From contig NW_002060945.1 in NCBI RefSeq assembly GCF_000150275.1, forward strand, positions 3,619,172 to 3,683,171: 64,000 nt of DNA, in the 5' to 3' direction. Of the stretch, positions 13,409-26,575 are shown one piece after another (position 1 is the first letter of the stretch; each line of letters starts with the position of its first letter). Below the pieces are notes generated by a model. It was given only the letters and a program-made list of their open reading frames with translations. It had not been told where the DNA came from and made no database searches. The translations under genes were made by a program, and so were the position numbers. The DNA comes from Trichoplax adhaerens (lineage: Eukaryota; Animalia; Placozoa).

Positions 13409-16400
13409 ATGGCGATCAAATTAGAGGGACTTCTTCATAAATGGACCAATTACATTAGCGGTATAAAGCTTTTTTTGGATTGTAGATATTGATAACATCC
13501 ATTAAAATAGTAGAGAAGGAAATAGTTCAATTGAAATGTTATACAGTACAACATGCAATGAATGTTGTCATTCTCATCTTGTCAGCTAATACTGCTTATT
13601 GTAGTTGCATAGGCCAATTCAATATCCTTCTACAGTGATACTAATTCTTTCCAACTACTTCAGCCAATTTATCCTATACTAAAATTGCAATGGCAGTATT
13701 ATTAAAATAAATTGAACCGCCATGAATGATTGAAAACTGAAAATGTCACTTTTCACTAAGAAATATCGTATACAATTTTTATTCGTGGTCTAGTCAACGT
13801 ACAGCTTCTTGCAAGGGCATTACCTTGCTCAATCGTATTTATTCTTGTCATACTACTCTTAACGAAACGTACTGACAAAGACATACTTCAGTAGGAAGAT
13901 TTTGACACACAGACATAGTATACCTTCACTAAATGTTCGACATAGTTATGGAAGTTATGGGTTAAGATTGATTTTGCTGTTGTGCTATTATTCGAATACT
14001 GTTACTTGACAAACTTGATACCCCAAGCGTATGTTTGCGATTGAACTCAACTGATTAATCCCTACATTACAATCATTTATTGAAACTGGGTCTACAATAA
14101 TAGACTGATCACCTACTGTAGCTAGACCAAGTTTAGCGAGCTATCCTACCATCTACATTATCGAAATACTACATGTACACTACCGATTACAGATATTACT
14201 TTCCATCTTGACATCATGCAAGTGATTACATGTTACTGTTGATGATTGTGTAGCGAATTTGAAAGTTCTTGCAACGATAATAGAGTAAGATTTCACTACT
14301 GTTATAATCATGATGACGGTAGCAGATGCTACACTGGCTATACTGTAATTAATTTCTTTGTGCCACTTGTGTATATACATGTAGAAAATATTCCTATCCA
14401 AAATTGACATGCTAGACCGTGTATGGATTGATACTCAACATATTATTAATTGCATTAGTTTACCGTAAATACTGAGTGATTGTACGTATTATTGTACGTA
14501 CTTTGTAGATACGCTCCGCAAGTCCAAAGACTTCTTACGTATGCATTATCTACAGACCATTATCAAAACCATTCCAGCGTAATATCACCTATTTTTTGTT
14601 GAAAATATTTCCTATTGAATACTTCACCAGGAACGTAATAACCCGGAAATAATATTAACTTAGATGCCAATCCCTGCCCAAAAGTTTCTAAGGCATACAT
14701 ATATATATACTTGAGTAGAATCAAATCATGAATCAGTCAATAGATGCACGTACATTGGAATCTCTCGGTTAACTATTATAAATTACCTTGCAATACATAT
14801 TTACGATGCTTGTACTTTTTACACCTTCCCGCTAACGTTCGCGAATGTAATTACCATGATGCTACCACCACTTACCCTACGAGCAGTACTAATGATTATT
14901 AAATAATAAATTATGGATAACGTAAATTTTTTTTCTGTACAGGTTGGCAACCACGATGGTTTATTCTTGATGATGGTACACTTAGTTACTACAGAAGCGA
15001 AGACGAGGTCGATATAGGATGCCGGGGATCATTTAAAATGACCTCATGTGAAATATCAAGTAAGTCTTTGTGTAATAATAAGCCACAACTATATTTAGTC
15101 ATGATACACACAATTATATTTCTATGATTGTATTATAACGTCGATGCTGTAATTCGTTGAAGTTAGCAATTATCTAAATGCTGAGTCGAAACATTAAAAT
15201 CAAAATTCACATATACTGTAAATATGTATACTATTAATGAAAATTATTAACAATAGAAGTATTTAGCATTGATTATAACATAAATGCCATGATATTGATA
15301 AATGAATATCGATCTATCTATGCTGTAGTATATACAGTAGTAGAATCTACATCTAACGAAATACTAATATGCGTAATCTAATCTGATATTTAATGCACTA
15401 AATAAATATATTACCATGGTTCTGGAATCGACTATATTACAAACACTATGGCATTGATAGATGAATATCTATCTCGTAGTTCGATGCAGTAGTACAATAC
15501 AGATTAATGGAATAGAATGTATATAATTTAGTAGTATGTGATGTCTAACATAGTACCATACGACTGATTTACTTAACAATACCGCATATTACAGCCTTGA
15601 CTTCAATTTCACAAGACGTAACATCTAAATTCTATTGTACTTCTCATCTACAATTATATGATCTAGCATGTCCCACAGATTTAACTCGAATAGATCTATT
15701 CGTTCCTCCGGGTCAGTATATATATGTAAAGGCTACAACGCAAGCTGAAAGACAGAAATGGTTAGTCGCTCTGGGTTCGTCCAAAGTTTGCATTGGTTTG
15801 GGAGAGCAACCTAGTAGTTCCCGTAAGTTACAATATACCACTACATAATGATAAGCTTACTGTATATCAGAGCTATCACATTAATTCAATTTACCGCGCA
15901 TCTATACAATATACGTACTGTTCATGCTATATTTAATATGTAATAAATTTTCCTAAGTATGTTCGCCACTTCATAATTATAAAACTTCATTCAGTGCAAT
16001 AAACTAATTAATTCCATGGACATGACGCTTAAATCACTCGCTTTAACTCTAAGATCATTTCACTTCCTATTGATATTGCTAGTTATTACAGTATTTTTCC
16101 CGTTTCTGTAATCTGTTTTATCCACGTAGAATCAAGAAACATAAGCGTATTGAAGTTTAAGCTGGAAGAAGTACATCATTACCGTATTCGTTTACTACAG
16201 CAAGTGTATGCATTAAAATTCAATGTAACGCAAGATCAAATTGATCAGCAGGTACTGATAATGCGCAATTAATAGTATCAGTACTGCCTTTTTAAGAATC
16301 TCTTACAGTCTCGATATTTCTTGACGATTAATAAATTAAACGAAGGTATGATTCATCAAATTTTCGTAGGCATTAGATCAAACTGCAACCAAATTATCTG

Positions 16401-18691
16401 ATATGTGCGACGAATTTTTAAGTAATGTGGATTCTTTTATGCAAATTTTAGAAGCCAAGCAAGGTAAACTTATTGTCTTTTCTGTACATAACTCCTAATA
16501 CCATGTATCGTAAGCCGTTATTTAAACTGAAGTGTTAACACGGTTTTATACTAGGCATACCTGCACACCTTCCAACTAGCGAGCCTAACACTCCTACATC
16601 AACGGTAATAGAAAATACTTCTGAATAAGATGTACTGTAATGACATTACAAGGTGTATATCAGCTCTTTGGTTTATCACTCTATCACTATATTAGCAACC
16701 TTTCTACGTAGCAAAACCTGGTAAACCTGTAGAAATTAATAGAGAAATAATGAATCATAGGTAATACTGTTATTGGATTAAGGCACGCTAACTTCATATA
16801 TTATTTAAGATTGCTAGCCAACTTGAATTAAAAATGAAAAACGTATTGCATACGCGTACTAAATAATACTAGAAGTATTAAGAAATAAAGATTCTCAGTA
16901 CTATTATTTTACTTACTTTGGTGCTACTGTTCGAAATTATACGTAGTGCTACCTCATCAGTTTCAAGCTTTCATTCAGCCGATAATAGCGATGATGAGAA
17001 CGACATTTTAGCAAGTGGTATGCTCTATTATTTCCTTAATTACCTATCAACTATTAAATATGCTTAAATGTAATAGTATTGAATACAAAATTTAAACCTT
17101 TCTAGCCCCACCAAATGTAATCAACACTGTAAGTCGCAAAATTAAGCCAAGCGGAAATAAAATTGTTTCAGCTAATGCCATCGATACAAAACAAACTCAA
17201 CAATCGTCAGTTAACGGTAAAGTTAGCAACGAAGATAGAACTACATCTGTACAAAGAAAGGATGAAGCTAATGAAACTTGTCAAAGTGATATTACAACTT
17301 CAAGCTACCAAACTCATACACATAATACGGTAAAAGTGGAGCTTAATGTACAAGCAAACAATAAAAATACATCACAAGTAATTGCAAGTAAAGAACAAAG
17401 TAAACCAAAGCCGTTAACTTTTTTTTCTGTCAAATCAAACAGGTAAGATTATGAAAATTAATGATAATCTACTGCTAAATGTTAACTCTAATTTCGTGCT
17501 ATCGATCTTAGAAGGATTACAATTAAATTATACTTGCTTTTTTTGCCATTTTAAATTAGATTCGATTTGATAGTATTAGGCGCTGATGGTGGAATTCCAT
17601 CACAACCTTTTCTAGCTGCATGTACTGAAATTATTAGCTTCCTTGGTAAGTATTTAGAAACTAAATCGATGATATTGAATATCTATTTCCGTATTTTGAT
17701 GCTCTTTTGATATCCTAATCAAGTACCTATCTTTCTATCTTACAAATTTGTATCGATTATCATATTATAGATATTATTGGTCCAACCGCTTTTGCTCCTG
17801 TAAAAATTGATATTAATGGCAACATTAAGGTGTGTACTTTATTATAAATTATAAATCCTTGAATATTCGTTGACTACTCTATTCATACATACTCTAGCAA
17901 TTTTAATCTAGTATACTGCAATACTCAAGATAATCTTAATGTATCAATAGAAACTACAACAGAAATTTTATAGCAAATCAAGCGCTTACCAAACCCTGCA
18001 ACTTATGATTATGAGTGAAGTAGAAGCAAAAACAACTACTGTGAAAAACTCAGCCACGGATGCTCTCTTATGGCTGAAAAGGTAACAAATGTAACGATCT
18101 ATTGTGTGTGCTTATTTTAAACATTACAAGATTTCTTAATTATTATATTCCAGAGCGCTAGAATTTATCTATCACTTTCTTCATCGATTTTCTAGTGGAG
18201 AGCAAGATTTAGTTGCAGCTGCAAGTATGCTCAGCTATTTGTAGTAGTAGACTTTTAATTGAATACTGTACAGAAATTTAACCCAATAGATTAACTTTAA
18301 ACAAGAGTGCTTACAGTATCTCACATTCTTAATTGTATTACTAGATTATGCATATGGCAAAGCATTAAAACGATTTCATGGATGGATGATAAGAGGAGTA
18401 TTTTCGGTAATTATTAGATCATTATCAAATATGACCGTAATTTACCTTTTATTAACCATATAGTCATACGATATTTCTATTCCTTATATTTATTAGCTGG
18501 CTTGCCGCGCTATACCTCTTCGCAAGGATTTAATTATAGCTCTATCAAGTATTAATGGACAACAAACAGTTGCAACAGAGAATGACGTTATAGAAGATAT
18601 CATACAATATTCCAAATCCCTCGGATCCATTATTGATATTATAAATAACTTTTATAAGAAATTCAATTTGGATCCCAGTCTAGTAAGATAA
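13409..18691 (+). CDS. PLEKHA8: Pleckstrin homology domain-containing family A member 8 (FAPP2): N-terminal PH domain plus C-terminal glycolipid transfer (GLTP) domain; multi-exon
   Basis: Exon 1 13409-13460 MAIKLEGLLHKWTNYISG; exon 2 from 14943 WQPRWFILDDGTLSYYRSEDEVDIGCRGS; KATTQAERQKWLVALGSSK. GLTP motifs FAPVKIDINGNIKKL, SATDALLWLKRALEF, AYGKALKRFHGW. Stop TAA at 18689-18691. Confidence 0.95.
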
Positions 18692-19513
18692 CTATTAACA
18701 TTGTAGGCACTTTTTATTCCAATACCGAAAATAACAATTGTATATATATACTATATCATGCAAAAAAATTTTTAAATGCAGTTTCAATTATATACTACGA
18801 CTACCAGCTACTTAATCGTATAGTAGCTGCTCCTCTAATGCTGTAAATAAGACGCAGAATGTATAAATTTAGTTGAAATAGAAAGAAGTCAAAATGAATA
18901 GCTTTAGGTGGCTATATTATCGCATATAATTATAATACGAGTATACGCGTACATGATGGGAGCAGTGGAATTTGCAGATTCTATTTTTTGTTAGATGATA
19001 TAAGATACTAAAGTATAGCGCTCTATTAATACTGTACATTGTACGAGCTCTTTTTACCGATAGAAATTTTAATGTAAATTTTGATTACCGCTTTTAATTT
19101 TTCCTTTGTCAAAAAGAGACTGGTGTATACTTGTACGTACACTGTGATTACTATCCTTCGCTTCATGCAATACTTTTCTATGCGTAAATATGAAATTTGG
19201 AAAATGTACATTTACACATTGTACAGTACGTACGAATATTATGGTATTTATCATGCACTTTACTGTACTCAAGTGCAATTCTATAGAAGCCTCTTTAAAC
19301 GTATCAAATCGTTATCCTTATATAATTTCAGCTAAAATGCAAACAAGATCAAAGAGAAATGTCATAGTTTTATTTTTATCGCCTGCTTATCAATACATCA
19401 CTGTATGCAACAATTATAATTTCTTACGTATTACAAATGTGATAAATCAAGGATATTAACAATAGTAATGATAATTATAATTTAACTAATCTTGCTCCGG
19501 ACGTAAAGTATAA

Positions 19514-22500
19514 TTAACAGTAGCTTTCAAAGCGACAGACTGACTGTAGTAAGAAAATGAAAAAAGAAATTAAATTACCGTTTACAACAATATATTGAGT
19601 TACTAGTGATTGCTACCAATTTAGGTATAAAAGATTTACAGTCATGCAAATATTTGAATCTCTACCAACGATAGATGTAATATAATAAAATGAATATTAC
19701 GATATGAATTCGAAGCTAATGTGACTATTCGAAAAATTTTAATTATTACAATAAAATACTTTCTATTATTTCTAAAAGCAACGATCCTCCTTGATCTTTC
19801 GGAAGTTTCTTTGCCAACGATCCCTTACAAAATAAGCAATTTGAGTAATAAATATGACAAACAATTAGTTCAATTTCACCATCGACCAGCAAATCGGTTT
19901 TTAGAATATTTTAAATATTCTTAATTTACCTTTAACTTTTCAATGTAGGTCATCGAACCATGCCAACTACTTTCAAAATTGGCATAGTCTGGGGCACCTT
20001 TATAAAATGCCGCAAGGTGTTTCTGAAAAGAGATTTTGAAATTTTAATCAAATTATAACTTAGGCAAGCTACCTTTCTCATCCATATTGCTAACATAAAT
20101 CAATCGTTGCACTCACTACTTCATTTAGAACATCCTGTGTAAGAAATCGATCTTGTGACAGTGTATAATGAACATGCATAGGCATTTTTGATCCATTAAT
20201 AACACTCTTTATAAAATCAGCACACAATGAATTAAAAATAAAATGCAAGAAAAATTAGTCCAATTTTCTAAATGGAGGAACACGTTTAATGAATGTTATA
20301 TCTTGTAGTATCCGCACATATTATACCTCAGAATCGTTTGTTGAATATACCCAATAACTACATACGCCTGAATCAACATGCGATCTATTCGTGTAAAATG
20401 GTGCTGCAGTAAAACAGGAAAACTTAACACGTTAATGAGTTGAGTTTACAGATCTATAGAATTATACGGGCTTTAAATACATATCTTACGTACAAATTAT
20501 TAATCCAAGGCAGGGTTCCTGTGTGCTATCATCAGTACGTAACACTGATTGAAACTGCTTTTGCGTACTAAGGTCTTGAACGGTTGGATTGGGTTGACTA
20601 GTAGGATGACTGTGATACCAGCCAACTAAAATCATATCACGAGCTTTCATAGATTTTTGAATCTAAAACGATATACGGAACCGTATAATAACAGTTTTAT
20701 GGCAGTAGTTCAAGGTTACAATAAAGTAACAATGAGCATCTTAGTACTGTATGCATATGCTAGCATAGTGATAAAAATTCACTATAGCACAAAATTTGAA
20801 ATACTGCTATCACTAACCTCCTCCTGAACTACTGCTGATATATTGTTATCACCTAAACGACATCGGCAAGGGAATGCTTGCAATACTCTCAAGACTACAT
20901 ATTATGAATATAATACAAAGAATCAATAATGTAATAGCTTTATGGGAATTATCCACTATATTAGCCCTTATATTGAATAAAGAATACTTCATACATTGTG
21001 TTTGAGGATCCCATTTTCCACCAATATAGCCCACCACCTCGCTGGTTGTTAAATGGCAATGTAAATCCTAAAGACAAATTTCACAATTAAGTCGAAAGCG
21101 TGGCAAAGTTACTGTACATTCAAAAGGCTTACCATTATTAACATCGCGTTACTGGAAATCGAAACAGAGAAAGGCTGCAATTTACCAATGCTACTGAAAT
21201 GGACACATTCAATGAGCGTATCAGCTGGTCTATAATATAAATAGAAGCGAATTTACTAGGAATTTCGGGAAATGATAAAGGGCGATTTCATCTGTATGCA
21301 ATATAGAATCGATTCAGTAATCCTGTCTTACGTATCATTATTAATTTGTGAATATCGAATTTTAGACGCAAACTTCTTCTTTGATTCCTTATCTATATAC
21401 GTATAAAGAAGGAAAAGATACAAATTTCACTAAGATTTTCAACAAATTTTTACTATTCACGGTTCTAGTACGTACTGTTGCTATTCTCACTATTGATTTT
21501 TCTTGCAGATCTCCTACCAGGAAAAGTGTAATATAAGATAGCCACTTTAATATGCTATCAAAGATCAAGGTCTCATCTTAAACTATCTTCCTTCATAAAG
21601 AGGAATTATAATCTAAGCGAATTTTACTAACTTTCCTTTCGGTGTAGATACTGGAGATAGAGTTGGCAAACTTGACTGCGTTGAACTAACTTCAGAAGTG
21701 GGTGGACTAAGCCTGTCATTACTACTGTCATCATGCATAATTTCATTTCTAATCATCTTGATTTGAGATTCAGCCTATGTTTGAACCAAGTTGTATCATT
21801 TTTAACTTAGTGACAGAACAGCAGCTGTAGCAATACAGAAGTCACATTACCTACTAGTAAATATAATATTAACTAATCGAATATCAAATACTGTAAAAAA
21901 CAGTATATTAACGTCGGTCACAAAGATTTTATACACATGAATAATTAACGTTTAGTGAATTTTATCAAGAATTAAAAGCTACAAATGTCAATACCTCCGA
22001 TACTGGAATGCCACAAGATAGCTTTTTCTTTTTGTACCATGTCGCTTTGAATTCGTCTAATTTTACACCATTATATTTTACCTAAAAAGTTTGAATAGCA
22101 TTTAAGTAACTTGACAATCGATTTCATACTTACGCGTATACGCGTATGTTATATAAGTATGTCAATAGTTATTTATGGCGCACATTCTGATCCAATATAA
22201 AGTGAGTGCACAATTTATTACGATGCTAAGCAAAGTCGTGCGGCACTTACAGAAGCCCAACCGCAGCCCGATTTTTTTGCAGGATTTACTAAACGTTTGC
22301 AATGAATAGCCCAGGCTGAAGGAGAATTAAATATATCTTCAGTTGTCGAAGATTGAATTTTTCCATTGGGCAACAGGTCACCATAAAATGTCTTTTTCTG
22401 AAGCAATCAAAAATGATGTTGATGTTAATCAATCAGTCAATTAAACGGAATCAATCTTACAATACAGTACTATGCTAAGCTACGTTGTTGTACATTATCC

Positions 22501-22936
22501 TGGATGCAAAGTATTACCAAATATTCAAGTGAAAGACATTTCTTTCGAGGCTTCAAGATACCATCTTTAATCAATACAGCAATACTAACACCACGACCAG
22601 CTGCATTATATGGCAATTTATTGGAGTTTTTAGTATTCGTAGATGCAGACTTGCGCACCTTTATAAGGTTAGTTTCCATCATTTCCTCCTGATCCTTTGA
22701 TGAAGTGACTTCACTATTGGTAACATCATCACTACTTGAAGATGTTTCGTCGACTGAAGTAAAAGCAAACGTAGAATAAATTCTCCTTATTTAAGCTTTT
22801 ATCTTACAACAGCACGTATTCAAAATAAAAATGCTGCTTTAAATGCATAACGATCTAACACTTATGTCATACCGTCCATCTGTTCATCGCTAATTGCTAA
22901 CAATTTATCGCTTGATCCGGAATCAGATTCTGACAT
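19514..22936 (-). CDS. MPND: MPN domain-containing protein (RAMA domain + JAMM/MPN domain); last exon boundary uncertain
   Basis: ATG at 22936 (MSESDSGSSD...). RAMA: GRGVSIAVLIKDGILKP...FYGDLLPNGKI...FNSPSAWAIHCKRLVNPAKKSGCGWASVKYNGVKLD. MPN: DLHCHLTTSEVVGYIGGKWD, VGWYHSHPTSQPNPTVQD. Final exon SVCRFESYC* (~19514-19543) is a best guess. Confidence 0.93.
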
Positions 22937-24647
22937 ATCGATTATTTATAGCAGTGTTACGTTCACCTGAAATATTCTACCTGCTAGGTATAGCATAATC
23001 AACAATCAACAAGATAAGTATGACACCAGCACTTATAACATTAGCACATAGTACCTTACAGTATACCGTTACGATCGTTGATGAGAGCTGGACTATTGAT
23101 AATTAAAAAGCAAAGAAGCTTTTTTGAGAGCATGTGCAATACTAATAAATATTTACTTGATAGTATGCAGTTGCAAACGTCGTCGAAAAGCTACCCTATA
23201 CTGATATCAAAAGTGCGAGTATAATACTACAAATCACTAGGCCGGCTAAATTAACGTATGGTTGATTGTTTTTACTTGTACGTTACAGAAAAAGCTTTGT
23301 AATAGATTTCATGAGTATACATGTAGAGATGTGTATTTCAGTTTGACATTATTGCAGCAGCAAGACTGCAATTTCAATTGATTTAAGAAGAATAAAATAA
23401 TCCCATTTTACATTTTGTAGGTATAAAATAATGAGCATAGAAATTGAAATGATACGTATCTCTAGCTGTGTTCAAGGCAAATAAATACACTAGCACTACT
23501 ACACAAGTGTAGATCAATTTTTGGTGATTTCGGTGTGCTATCTGACAAAACATTCCTAATGTGGTGCAAAGTCAAGCCACCGATTGCTAGAAACATCCGT
23601 GAATCTGGTAATCTGCGATGAAGCTCTAGGCGTGCTGCAAGCAATCAGTTCTTAGGTACTCTCTATCAGGAACTTATTTAACATGATCAATCTATACGCT
23701 ATGAATGAACATACGGATACGCGTGGTGCACCATTTATATGGTCTGACAAGAAATGGCGTATATACGTATATGTATTACGTTATCTAATCATTTATATAG
23801 CCATTAATAGGCAACAAGTCACAGGTAATCTGATAGCAATAGTCATGGTTGCTAGTAGCAAGGTACTAATTATACAGTAGCCGTAGTGGTGCGTGGATGT
23901 CGATGAGTAACAAGTTCTCTTACTGAATTCTATTGCATCTATTATTATAGGATAATCAATTCTTGCTAGAATAATTTCTTTCTAGCTAGAGCATTGAAGT
24001 TTTGACTTGATCTGAACATTGTCCTCCTCTTTAGCATTTTATTCATTTCAAATCGATTTACGTACGACAGCTGATAATGCTACATCAACGTATTCCAATT
24101 CTCATCAGGTAACCATTTTTACAGTACTATACAGTGATGGCAAAAGATAGTAACCAATTTTATGCACTTTGAATGAGTGCAGCCAAGGACGGTGTAACCA
24201 GCACCTACTCCTACTGTATAACCAAAGAGATAAAGTAAGGCAATTTAGGGGTATTTTGCTCCTTAGGCATTGTCAATCAATGAAAAGATACGCGTATTCA
24301 TTTCTACATGGAGATTGAACTTTAAAAGGTAGGCTACCGATTCTATTTGCATTTGGATAAAAGGATAAAACATAAGTTGCAATATTCTCGTCAGAATGGA
24401 TGAGTGATGTCGAGTAGGTGGTATCAATGACAACGACTGCTTGAATTCAAAGGCTCAAGCTTCAATGGCGTTTGTTATTGAAAAGGTGAGCAATAGATCG
24501 ATGCCACTGTACCGTACTAAATAAGAGAAATGGATAGAGCGTGTGCCTCTCGTACTATGAAGGAGAGTTGATACTTGGCGATGATCGTCCTTCTCTCTAC
24601 ATTGGTACGGTCCAATTTCTCCAACACTAAGAAAGGATTCCATATTC

Positions 24648-24900
24648 AGCTAATGTATGTAGTATGTTGATGGAATTGTTGATCATTTTACTTTTCTACT
24701 CAGTGGAATGTCCATGGAATTGTTGATCATTCTACTTTTCTAGTCAATTTATTCCAATCTGACTGAGAAAGATTGCTTTTTTAGCTAATGTATGTACTGT
24801 AGTATGTTGATGGAATTGTTCATCATTTTACTTTTCTACTCAATAGTATGTCGATGGAATTGTTGATCATTCTACTTTTCTAGTTAATCCATTACAATAT
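24648..24900. repeat. Nested tandem duplication: two ~135-bp units, each with two copies of a ~29-bp core ATGGAATTGTTGATCATTYTACTTTTCTA
   Basis: Core at ~24670, 24714, 24810 and 24854; unit starts agctaatgtatgta at ~24648 and ~24783. Confidence 0.9.
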
Positions 24901-25386
24901 GAACATTGAATTTTTATCTCCGATACACAGGACAACAATCTCTCTCGTCTATGTAAGTAGCCTGTACAAGAAATGGGTTAACACTCGACTGACTGCTAAT
25001 GACTTGTAAAACTCAAGCGGTCAATGAAAGAAATTCAACCGTCCTCGACTTGGTACTAGCGTAATCGTTGCTTGTGGAGATTCAATCATTTTTCCTTTTG
25101 CAATGATGGATAAAATGTATGCTAGCTTATCTATCCATTTCAATTGCATTCAATTGCCTTTCTACGTACCGTTATTTCCTTTCCTTTGGCGCGGCTAACA
25201 GGCAAGATGGTGCCTAACGGAATGGTCATCCAACAACACTAAACTAGACTAAAAGTCTTTTCCACATACTACAAGGTTTTGTATTACTTGTCAGACTCAC
25301 TGGGTAGAAGAGAATTGAAATCGGTGAAATGCCTCTGTCCAATGGATCGTGCGCGTATGAATGATTTCATAGCTATTGTTTTCTTT

Positions 25387-26575
25387 CACTCACACCAGCA
25401 ATCTTTCTGCTGTCTATACTAGAGCCTCACTAGAGGGTCTCTAGTGAGGGTCTCTAGTATTCACTGACAGTGAGTGATGAGTGCCGTGGCTGACAGCGTC
25501 AACTTTTCATCGAGTCGACTCAGTGTCCTACTGTACTGTACCAACTACTCTGCCTCAAAGAAACAGCGTAATAGTACTGTACACTGTAGCTTGTAGTCGC
25601 CGCCATTGAATATACAGTACTGTATCTCTACTACTGTACTGTACTGTACAGTACAAGTGTTGGTCGCCAGCCTTGTCCTACTGTACACCAATACTCTATA
25701 CTGTACTCGAGAAGACCAGTATCAGTATCTATTGACTAAGGCAGTCTTTGTTTCCATTGTTCGTTTTCGCGGCAATCTCTTCTTGACCTGCGTAGTACAC
25801 CACTCACACCAGCAATCTTTCTACTGTATTCACTAAGAATGAGTGATGAGTGCTGACTGGCTGAAAGGTACGGTGGCTCACAGTGTACAGTACCGTACTG
25901 CGAATTACGCTGCCTCAAAGAAACAGCATTACACTCAGGTCTAATTACAGTACTGTACACTGTAGCTTGTAGTCGCCGCCATTGACTGTACTGTACTGTA
26001 CAGTACAGTATCTCTACCACAAGTGTTGGTCGCCAGCCTTGTCCTACTGTACACCAATACTCTATACTGTAGTCAGAGACCAGTATCAGTATCTATTGAC
26101 TAAGGCAGTCTTTGTTTCCATTGTTCGTTTTCGAGGCAATCTCTTCTTGACCTGCGTAGTACACCACTCACACCAGCAATCTTTCTACTGTATTCACTGA
26201 GAGTGAGTAATGAGTGCTGACTGGCTGAAAGGCACAGCAGCGTCAACATTTCATCGAGTCGACTCAGTGTCCTACTGTACTGCGAACTACTGTACAGTAC
26301 TGTACTCTGCCTCAAAGAAACAGCGTTACAGTACTGTACACTGTAGCTTGTAGTCCCCGCGATTGACTGTACTGTACTGTACAGTACTGTACTGTATCTA
26401 GAGTCTGTATCTCTACCACAAGTGTTGGTCGCCAGCTTTGTCCTAGTGTACAGTACACCAATACTCTATACAGTCTATACCGGACTCAGAGACCAGTATC
26501 AGTATATTGACTAACGCAGCCTTTTGTTTCCATTGTTCGTTTTCGCGGCAATCTCTTCATGACCTGCGTAGTACA
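25387..26575. repeat. Three tandem imperfect copies of a ~360-410 bp promoter-like unit upstream of MPND
   Basis: Units begin cactcacaccagcaatctttct at 25387, 25801 and 26165. Each ends gaccagtatcagtat...tttgtttccattgttcgttttcgNggcaatctcttc.tgacctgcgtagtac. Confidence 0.95.
25416..25460. mobile_element. 45-bp near-palindromic hairpin flanked by TA; putative degenerate MITE/transposon remnant
   Basis: atactagagcctcactagagggtctctagtgagggtctctagtat is present only in repeat copy 1. Copies 2 and 3 read ctgtattcact at the same site. Confidence 0.5.

Noticed and set aside
24670-24885. Four 29-bp direct repeats resembling a CRISPR array
   Set aside because: Eukaryotic context, unequal spacers (about 15 and 65 bp) that are themselves duplicated, and no cas genes. 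It is a nested tandem duplication.
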